DNA of 64,000 nucleotides, from the NCBI GenBank assembly GCA_964035545.1, contig OZ037765.1, forward strand, positions 24,613,504 to 24,677,503, given 5' to 3'. The stretch's first letter is position 1. Each line of letters opens with the position of its first letter. The position numbers and the translations under genes are program-made. Under the pieces are notes generated by a model that was not told the DNA's origin, searched no databases, and saw only the letters and a program-made list of their open reading frames with translations. This stretch comes from Bugula neritina. Its lineage: Eukaryota; Animalia; Bryozoa. Shown piece after piece: positions 37,178 through 47,903 of this stretch.

Positions 37178-40100
37178 CTACAGCTCCGTATGCCCTGTTA
37201 AGATTGGTGCTTTTTTGTCTTGAACTTTCAGCCCCAGCCAATCAGTACAAATTTGCTCCGGATTCTGGGGTTGAAACTTGTGGAAGGAAATGGTATAATC
37301 CTTTTGAGATTGTAAATAGGTCACTGGATAGGTTTGAGGAGGTGCCTGTAAAATCCACATTTAAGTTATTCTATGGAATAGGCATTTGGTAATGGAGCTC
37401 TTTAACCATGGCCATGAGTTCAAGCTGTTGTTCCAACCTCATGACTCCTGGAGTTACTTTAGCCTTCTGCCTTAAACTTACACACCTTCAAATACACTTT
37501 GGTATAAACATTAGCTTCTTCTACTGCAAGTTACCATTAATTTCTACAGATGCAAATTGCAAGTCATGTTGAGTAAATTCACTTGAATGGAAAAACGCAT
37601 GGAACACAAAATTAAAAAGCAAGATAACATTTGATGAACAGACCTGGTGAAACAATGGACTGTGTACAATAGGAATTCCTAGGGCCTTCAGCCATACTCC
37701 AATTGTCATATCATCAGGTGCATCTTCTCTGGAACATGAGACGGCGCCCTGCATTATTGCATCTACTGCTTTCATATTAAATACCGTCCTGTAAAATATA
37801 ATAGGCCTACATCTAACAATTATCATTTAATATAATATGTTGAATCTAAATCTTATGCATGATGTGTGTTGATAGAATGACCAAAGCCATTTATAGCCAA
37901 AAAACGTATTTTATAATTTTCAGCATTAGACTGCTAGCTATGAACTGGATAGAGAAATTACTTCCTACAGTGCTTGGAAATGAAGTATGCTAAATTTTTG
38001 AAAACTAAATAATTTTACAAAATATTCCAGGACTTGGAAAGTAACATATCTTGAAATTAGATGAACCTTAAAAATTGCTTCAAGCCTGAAAAAATTAGGT
38101 AGAAAACTCTAATTAGAGTTTTGAAAACTGATGTGATAGCATAAGATAACTTGCCCCCCTCCACCGGTAACATAATCATAGCCATATTCCTTATGAGACA
38201 TATAGCCATATCTTTCCCCTAGTACAACCGGTTTATCAGTTCCATAACAAGTCAGCAACTTAGCAAGACGAGTAACGCTAAAAATTGAAAATAGACAACT
38301 CTAAATATACTTAGCAAAACTCAGGCAAAATGGCTACTTACTGCCTAAACACAGATGTGCAGACTAGAAGCATGTTATATTGATTGAACCTGAGTATAGT
38401 AATCATCTATAAGCATAGATAGAGCATATTAATGATGTAATACTAAGTTATAAAAAGACTCACACCATTATTCAAAAGGTTAATCCATATAAAAAACAAG
38501 GCTGCTGATGAGCATCAAAATCTTCAAACCATAAATATCATTTTAAAAACTGCACATTTTGCAAAACGGACATTTTTGAAAATCAGAACTGTAAAAATAA
38601 TTTAATAAGCATTTTTCTGCAAAAAATTCCTGTATACAAAAATTATCTACATATGTTGGCAATAATGATGCAATTTTTGGGATATCTGCTTTCAGTAGCC
38701 ATGTTTTTCATGGGAACTAAGTAAACAGACATTTACTCTGTTTTCATCGATAATACTCTACCTCAGAAATGCATGTAAGCACAATATTAGCCAATAACTA
38801 ACACAAACTGTAGATTCATCCAGCTTAGCGAGTAACTTATGTGATGGTGAAATAAAACATGCATTTTAATATCCTATCCTCTAGGTACTAAAAAGAACTA
38901 ATATATATCAATATATGAACTATTAACTTACTTCATCATTGTGTCATCATCAACAATGACAAGCCAGCTTTTAGATCGAATGTGCTTTTCTTTGTATGCT
39001 CTTTTCAATATTGCATGAAATTTAGCACAATGTCCTAAATTAAAGAATATAATATATGTGATAAGTTCATGAGAGAAATAAAATTATAGTAGTAAACTCA
39101 CAGAGCAACTTTTTATTGAATGAGAGCTTATCTAACACTGGCGTTGAGCAGTGTAGCATCACATGTTATGCCACGTTATATAGAGTATAGGCTTTCACTA
39201 CTATTCTCACTACAAGCTGTTATGTTATAGTTTCATTAGCCAGAAGTAGATAATAATCTAATCCCATAACCAATAAAATGCAAAATATAATTATGTTTAA
39301 TTCCATTTCTGATAAAGCACAGCTGTGAATATCCATAACTTTCTAACATTTTCTTGCATTAATCTGCCCAATAAGGTTGTGTGGAGTAAACATCAAATGT
39401 TGAAAGGTATAGTGAGAGTTACCATCCCTATGCAAAATGTGGTTATTCATCACTTAGAATGCCAGTAATCTCAATCTTAAAATTTCAGCCATCAATAAAT
39501 TAATGTGGTGGAGGATAAATAACCAGACATAAACAGTTCAAAGGGGGCAATTCCTAATGCTACCTTTTCCCCCAACTTCTTCTGCTGAAACCTTAGTAAT
39601 GGAGTGGGCAAAATTTCCTTTTTCAAAAATACAGGAATCTTGATTAGATTCCCCATGCGGCAAGTTGGCAGATGACCTTTAGAATGGTGCATTAAACAGA
39701 AATGAGTTCTTACCTTGCTTAGTATTAGGAGCATCTATTTTAACAGTTGGTATGGATTTATCTTCCAATTCACTGCAAATCTCTTTGTGTTTCACACCAT
39801 CCACCCACAATTTCTTCTGCAGAATCACTAAATAAATGAAAAAAACTCAATCCTATTTACTAAAATCTTTCAACACAAAAATTTACCAAAGCAGCAGCAT
39901 TCAGTTGATATTTTTATTCAAATTTAAAAATAATACTTCAGCAAAGTCATACATTATCTTCCTTGTCATAAGCTTATGTCTAAATTATTAGTATTAAAAC
40001 AGCAACTGACACATTAGTCTTGTGCAACTTTTAATTAGTGACCGAATACCCATTAAACACTTTCTTTTAAAATTTGCTACTTTGACGAATGCATTACAAA

Positions 40101-42002
40101 TATTTGAGCAGCAAAGGATAAGAAAACAAAAACCTATGCACTACTTGATTTTAAATTAAACATTATCAATATTGCCATTACTGTGATTTATAGCTATTGG
40201 AAAATAGGAAATATAATAGTGATCTAAACAATTAGTATATTTAATACTTGATAAAGTATCAGCGTATTATCTACCTCGAGAATCATGAAAGACAGCACCA
40301 GTTTTAACCATCACAAATATATCATCATCTGTAACAGCTTTATGGCTACTGCTTGGCAACTGTTAAATATCAATGTAATGTCTGGTTAAGTGTTTAGAAA
40401 TTGAAAAATGCTGTTAAAACATCTCATTTAGCAATAGTCACTCTAAAGTTTAACATACTTATATAAACAAAGAAAATTTTTGAATTTCACTTTTCGGATT
40501 GTAGCATAAAGTGTAATAAAATACAGTGGAAATTAATGAATCATATAAAAAGTAATGTAGTAATATAAAGTAATAGAAAGGTAACAAATAGTAATGAAAC
40601 ATAAAAAACTAAATAATTTGCAAGACTTACGCATATTTGAGAATCGACTTTGTAATGAGTAGCACAGTTCGACACATCTTGAACTTCAGGTGAACAAAAC
40701 GCAGGAACATGGGTTAAAGATATCCCCTCACCATTGTTATAGAGATATGATGCTAGCTAAAACAAAAGAGCTTGTGGTAGTTGATAAATAGCAAAATGAG
40801 AAACAGGCTAAACAGCTTAGTCTAATAACAGCTCTATTACATAATCTATAAATTATTCCTATATACTGGAATTACAGTGTGATCAAATAATTCTAAGTTT
40901 CATATCAGTCGTTGCCAAAGAAAAAACTGTCCTTATACTTTACAACAAAAGAGGAGAAAGCTGAAAATTTTGCAAACCTCATATTTAGCATCAATATTGA
41001 AATCTTCTTTTTCGTCATGATTAGTGCTAGTTACTTGCTTCCAGCTGAGTAAAACACCACACGAAGTATCAGGATACAGCAGTTTGCTATCAGAAAAGTG
41101 GTGAATTATCACCATTTCTGAATCTTGAAGTGCATGCCCTATAAACTGGTTCTCTTTAGAGTCAAACTTCTCCAAAACAGAAAGTAGGTTGTGCAGGTTG
41201 ACTTCTGTATGCTCAGATACGATCAGCAGCCAATCCAGTTTATCCTCAGAATAATGATCTGAGATTCTAGAAAATAATGAGTTTCAATTATTGACTTGAA
41301 TCTTGTGAAGCTTTTTAATCCAAGGTTACTCTTTGTTGAAATAAACTAACTATTGAATGTTTAACACTTTCTCGGTGCAAAGATGCTTTATAGCGTCATC
41401 AATGTTGTGTGCCAGTGCCTTTAGATTTTGTACAGCTCAAGTATTTCGAAATTTTTTCTGAGCCTATAGGTGCAAGAGTTAACAATTTAAGTTCAAAATT
41501 AAAACTGGTGCATTGCAAAACATTCAGTATATGCCTTTAGTTTTGTGATATTTACATGATAAAAATACATATATAATGTCAGGTTTGTTAAAAAAAATTC
41601 AAGTAATGCTTACTCTTTTAACAAAGGTAGAAATGTCCAAGATCCATATAAATCTGGCCAATGCTCTGTAGAAATCACTACTTCAACAGCCAGCCGATCT
41701 CTAACAGATTGTAGTTGACCATATATATAAGATCGGCTCAGTTTGGCAAAGGAGATATGATGGTCTTGGTTTTCGTTGTTAATAACCACCAACAGCTTTT
41801 GCTTCTTCAAGGTCTCACAGTCTAAAATTATGGAAAATAAAATTAACATAATAATACATGGCATCATTACTTTATGTTGACAAATCATAGTCTGAAGTTT
41901 GATTAGTTGCATACTCTGGAAAACATGATAGGCTTAGGTTCCCTACTCACCCGAATTAGTTATTACAGCACAGCACACAAGTGCAGCTAGCAACAATTTC
42001 AT
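37178..42002 (-). CDS. B3GLCT: Beta-1,3-glucosyltransferase (GT31, fringe-like)
   Basis: About 10 exons (41951-42002, 41614-41821, 40977-41267, 40631-40756, 40275-40359, 39714-39827, 38932-39034, 38155-38277, 37643-37788, 37178-37345). Signal peptide, GSWTFLPLL, FIGHALQD...IIHHF, VKTGAVFHDSR, GHCAKF, WLVIVDDDT, LGERYGY...YDYVTGGGG, DAPDDMTIG, ISFHKF and a C-terminal KDEL-like HTEL. Confidence 0.92.
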
Positions 42003-43544
42003 TTTGAATGCAGTCGTCGTTCTTATATGCCCCCAGCCTATCCTGCAAAATTTAGCCAGCAAATTTACATTATGTAAGAGTTTCTTCTTAATGAATGTAC
42101 CAAACTGCTCATATTCAAATTTTTTTATGTAAGCGTTGTAACCTTTCATTACCTGGTGGGAAAACTTATATGAAATACCTAAAATGACTTTGTTACATAA
42201 AAGGGAAAAATTAGTAGAGAAAATTTGATTTAGAACGAAATTGAAAATTATTTGCTTTGCTGAAGTTTACAGCCTTGAAGCAATTGATTTATTTTAATGT
42301 GAAATGACAATTTAAATTTGCAAATTAGGCATTGATTTTATCAAGAGGGTGCAAACTTCATTCTACAACAAACAAGACAACTATCACACTTTCCGATAAA
42401 AAGCTTCATTAGAGTAATTTTAGTTACTCATTTTATTGATTTGAAGTATCATATCATTTACATACATCCAACAAAGAAAGAACTAAGCCATTTAGTGAAA
42501 ATTACATCATAAAACTACATAGGCCTATAACAGAAGATAACTTTTTTACTAGAGTACCCTGCTCTCACATTTCAGCTGTGCCTGTATTTCTAAACAACTA
42601 TACGATAGGTTAAGTTTAATGATTTGAAAGCGCTTACCAAAAGCAAAAAATACAATAGTCACTGAGAATATAAACTGGCAATGAAAAATAATAATATATA
42701 TTTTATATATTCACTCTAGCGCGACACCAAATAATTTGGCCAACAAATAAAATTTCAATCAATTATTTGATTCAATAAAAAATACTGTCAAGCCTGCACA
42801 TCAATTGATACTGGCACAATGTTAGATAATATTAAATAGATTATGCATATTCAAGTTTCACTGAGTAGCAACCATTTTAAACCAACATTATGCTGGAAAG
42901 AAAACCTAGACTTCCAAGCCCTGCTCTGTTAGAACCAAGAATTACTTTATGGAAACTGACTGCCTAAGCAGCATTGAATGATATGAAATTTATTTTATTC
43001 CTTTTTTAAGAATTGGAAAACTCTGGAGCTGAAAGATCTAATGCAGTGATATCTCTGAAACGATTAATACATTTTCTTTCTATGATAAATAAGGAGCATT
43101 TTCCCATTCAAAAATTTATCTTTGTTTAAGTTTCATATTCAAATTATGAACTTTTATTTGATTTCTTGTTAACAATCAGTATCAATAACCTAAATAAATA
43201 TATGTACAACAATAAATTAGAAAAATGTACTTTAAAAAAGTCAAAAATTAAATTTCTTAAATCAAAAACTATAATTTTTCAACTTGGTAAATGCTTTTAT
43301 AAAATTGAAAGCAAATCACGGTTATTCTTTATGTCTCCAGCTTTACAAAAGACAATAATTTTATTAATAACAAAACTTGAGTTGAATTCATTCTAAAATA
43401 ATTACTAGTTAATATAAACTAAGAATAAACAATGCATCATAGTCTCAGCATCAATAAATCACAAACAGTTTTGTTGCCATCTATACACCTTTGTTGTTCT
43501 TAAAAAAAGCTCAGAGAAAAGAAACAAACTTTTCATATATAATT

Positions 43545-44156
43545 TTAAATAGTTGCATATGATTCAGCCATAATAGCCTTAAATATGACTTGAAGTGCTT
43601 CACAAATGCTCACAGCTACATGTTCATGTGGACATTGAAACACATGGCAGCTGAACATGTCTTTGCCAACAATCACTTTCATTGCTAGGTTACTTTTATT
43701 AAAACCGTCATAATACATAACTAATTTAGCAAGTGTGTGCAGTGGTACTCGGAGAACAACATCATCACCGTTATTTCTAGATATTTGAAATCCATGATGA
43801 TCTAATTTTATAAGCACCTCATCAATAGGTAGCGGCTTTAATTTTATTTTACCATCAAGCTGCTCTTCTTCTATTTTTGAAATAAATTGTGTTTCTAGTG
43901 ATTTCCTGTTGCCTGCCACCATCATCAACTTAGATACAGTGCCTAAATAGTACGCAGAAAACTCAAATTGTCTGGTGTGTAAAGAAGAATTAAATTTCAG
44001 ATTTATATTGTCAATACCGAGACTGTTGTCAATTTGATCATTGTGATCTCCTATGTTTACTGCCGTAGAATGAGAATCCGCAGATGAATTTGAAGGTCCA
44101 AGAGATTCTTGGCTAGCATTCAGATTAGTTTTTGATCTTGTACGTTTCCCAAACAT
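43545..44156 (-). CDS. ITGB1BP1: PTB-domain protein, ICAP1 (ITGB1BP1)-like; single coding exon, 203 aa
   Basis: Basic N-terminus MFGKRTRSK, a Ser-rich linker, then a PTB fold 'FEFSAYYLGTVSKL...EEQLDGKI...YYDGFNKSNLAMK...VFQC...AVSICEALQVIF' ending at the C-terminus, as in ICAP1. 'VVLRVPLH' also resembles the CCM2 PTB. Confidence 0.7.
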   Translation of the reverse strand: MFGKRTRSKTNLNASQESLGPSNSSADSHSTAVNIGDHNDQIDNSLGIDNINLKFNSSLHTRQFEFSAYYLGTVSKLMMVAGNRKSLETQFISKIEEEQLDGKIKLKPLPIDEVLIKLDHHGFQISRNNGDDVVLRVPLHTLAKLVMYYDGFNKSNLAMKVIVGKDMFSCHVFQCPHEHVAVSICEALQVIFKAIMAESYATI

Positions 44157-44569
44157 ATCTTTTGCTCCTGGTCTCTCAGTTACAGTCAAACTCAACAACA
44201 GGCTTTTCAACTCGACTGAAAGTTATAAAATCAAAATCAGTTTTGATTTTATCTAATGCTGAAGTGACTATACAATTTTCGATTGACCATGTTGCATTCT
44301 ACAGAGTTTTTCACTTAGCCTTATTGAACAATTGAACAGAATTCATTTTATGGTGCATAAATGTTATTATTTGCTTTCCAGACTATGAGTATCATCATTG
44401 GTAAGTCTAACCAAAAGATACAAATCAAATTAAAAATCAAACTGGCTTACCCAGAATATTATGAATTGCAACGGAGAGCTATTAGTTTTACTTGTAATAT
44501 TTGAGAACATTCCACTCTATTATTCAATTTTGACTTATAACGATAATTTATTAGCATTACATCTATACC

Positions 44570-45790
44570 ATCTATCTAGACTAGTTGACTATAAGTATAA
44601 CTTGTAAGTTACTTTAAGTAATAAGTATAACCTACTGTTAGTGTTAGTCTAACTGCAACTTTGTGATAAAATCATAAAGCTGCATAATATTATAATTAAC
44701 TTTATTAAATCCTTACTTTTAATATTATATCATTACATTATATTATAACATTTGGTATAAGAGCAACATATAAGTATAAGATTAAGTACGACTGCAACTG
44801 CAAAGCTTCAAGTTCCCAAGGTATACAGCTTAACTACTTTTACTTCACTATTTAGTTTTACTATTTACTTTTAGTATGAGCTGAGAAATCATCATCAGAC
44901 TCAGAGTTAAAATGAGTAAACAGTGAGAGAATCAGTACGAGTATGGACTATGAAGTATAATGATTAGTATTACCCTCACTATTAGTATTAGCATTACTAT
45001 AACTATTAGCATAAGCATTATAATTACTATTAGTATAACTCTAAGTATTAGATATTTACATCGTCATTAGTGATTAGACAATTTGAGTTAGTAATATCAA
45101 ATTTAATAGTTAAAGTTTAAAGTTATAGTATCACTATCAGTATTAGTATGATAATCATAATAACAATTATAATGACTAATAATTTATCATAATCAATGTT
45201 ATTATTAGTAACATTGATTAACTATTGAATTGAGTTTAATAATATTGATAATAACGAATAAATTGATTTATATTTATAAGTAAATTATCTGTTATTTTCA
45301 AACTGAAACACAATCATGAATCAATATCATCACCATTACTATAAGTATAAGATTAAGTATAACATCAACTATAACTATAAGTATAAGTATCACTATTAGT
45401 ACTATTAGTATTAGTATTATGAATATTAGTATTAGGCTAATAGCAATTGCAACGGCTAATAGGCTAGTATTAAAGTATAACTTTAACTATAACTATAAGT
45501 ATAGCCATAGCCCAACAGACCGTATAGGCATAGCGGCTAGCCTTAGCCAGTAAGCTAAGGCATCCGCATCCGCATACTCATAGTGATAGCCACACATTCC
45601 GATATTCATATTGATACTGATAGTGAAACTGAATCACACATCAATCATCAATGTGATACTCATACTGACACTCATAGTCATGGTATTAATAATAATACTA
45701 GTAGGTGTAACTGTAACTCAGTAAGATCATGGTGCACCTGTGGTGACCGTGATGAACGCCAGGTTATTGTTATAAGTAGTACCCAGAGTA
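44570..45790. repeat. TNA-lattice island in the ICAP1-like 5' region
   Basis: taa gta taa gat taa gta taa cat ...; tca tat tga tac tga tag tga aac tga; tga tac tca tac tga cac tca tag tca. Confidence 0.85.
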
Positions 45791-46239
45791 AATCGCAATT
45801 GCTAGATAAATGTTAAAAAAAATGCTACGTTTTTATGTGATTAGTCTGCGTCGCCGTCAGTGATGCGTGTACTGAGATCTTCTGGTCTTTAAAGCGAAAG
45901 CGTCTTTCCACGTTGACTCTACCATTTCATTGGATATGAAAGAGGTCAATTAAACTCAATTAATTGGCTAGAGATAGCAACGTGTAAATTTTTTCAAGTC
46001 TCAGATTCTAAAGCATACCGCAGATTTGTTTTGATGCCACTACTAATGATCAATCATACAACAGAATTTTTTATGGCACATTCTAAGAAGCGCAAAGGCT
46101 ACTTATGTGTAGCAGACCGAAAAAGCATCGATATATTTATAATGATGAGGTGTCATATATTGAGGCAGAGCATTATTATCCCTGTCTATGCCACGTATCC
46201 GGTACTTTTTTTTACCATTCTACCATAATTTGAAGTTCC

Positions 46240-47150
46240 ATGACTATAAGTATAAGTGTAGGATAAGCCATATAGTGCATTACACTTGTAGTAATCCGTC
46301 GTAGATATCACAACCACCACCAGTAAGTCGGCTCACTAAAAGTCAGTGTAAGTTGGAAAATATGACCATAGTTTACGGAATCGAACTTTACGTAGTTACT
46401 TCTACTACTACTGCTAGTACTAGTACTAGCAGTACTACTACTAGTAGTAGTACTACTGTACTAGTAGTAGTAGTAGTACTATTACTACTACTACTACTAC
46501 TAGACCTATTACTATTAGTATTACTAGTACTACTACTAGTACTACTATAAGTAGATAAATCATACTCATACTGATACTCATACTAGGCCCTACTTAGGCC
46601 TAGCAGTTCTACTCCTAGAAATCAGAAGATCAACACCGACACGCCATGGAAGATCAGCTTGAACTTGAGTTTGAACTTCAAGTTAATCATGATGATCAAA
46701 ATAAACTGTCTGTCTTTTGTATTATATTTATCTTCAAATTTTGCTAATACTAGTAATACTAATACTAATAGTAATACTCTAGAAATAAGTTCACTGTAGA
46801 GTGTAGTTTAAGTTTAACTTTAAGTTCAATTTGAATTTGAACTTTAAGTTCAAGTTGAACTATTACAGATTTAGATTAATATTACTATTAGTATAAGTAT
46901 AACTAGTACTATAAGTTTACTATAACTAGTACTATAAGTATAAGTATTAGTTTACTATTAGTATTGCATTTACTATAATTATTACTATTATATTTAGTAT
47001 TACTTTCACTTTAGCCTTAAGGTATACGTACTAGTAATAGTAATACTGATAATGATAGTAATACTAATAGTAATATTATCACCATAAGTCTAAAGTAACT
47101 TTAAATTTTACTTTTAAACTTGGCCTTTAAACTTAAACTTGACTCTTTAT
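46240..47150. repeat. TNA-lattice island in the P4HA 5' region
   Basis: about 46808-46861 tta agt tta act tta agt tca att tga att tga act tta agt tca agt tga act; (ACT)n/(AGT)n palindromes at 46400-46550. Confidence 0.9.
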
Positions 47151-47903
47151 CCGAACTCACTGGTAAAGGTTACAGCCTACAGGAGATTAGGTCTTAGCTT
47201 TTTTATTTGCGAGTTGAAATTCACTTTGAACTGACTAAAAAGTCACTGTTAAGTTTTTTTATTGTAAATAATCAAACAAATTTTACAATTTTGATTTGCT
47301 TGTATGGAAAACTGTCATAAATGGCCATATTCAAGTTTAACTAGGCAAAAGATTATGTGGTTTTGAAGTTGTTAAACCAGTAATTGGTAAACATTGTCCT
47401 GGGTGTGTTTACAGCAAAGTTATTATTGAGGGATCTAAACATTAGATTTTATGTAAGCCTATACCTTAGAAAGGCAACAAGCCTATTTAAAAACCCACAT
47501 CCTCACAAGAATAATGTACAATACATGGAATCATTATTTCAGCAACACTTTATAAACTGGGCTTGTTGTCTTATTGTGAAAATACTACTAGTGCATGTTG
47601 AAGATATGATCAAGATTCACTAACTGTATAGCTACTGGTTTTTTGATTGATAGCAACATTTCGGTGACATTTTTTTTTCATAAAGTTCTTTTTGAATTCA
47701 AAGTATAACCTAATTTATATTTGTAATGATGGCAACCAATACCATTACGAGCAGTTGCAATATGTCTAGTGTTCAGTTAGTACTGTATAGTGTATAGTTA
47801 ATTTTACCTCTTTTCTGCTCATCAGTTTCCACCATGTACCTTGATAATTAAAAGTTTTTTGTATTTAATTTTGAGTATCCTTATATATTTTCACAGGTTC
47901 AAA

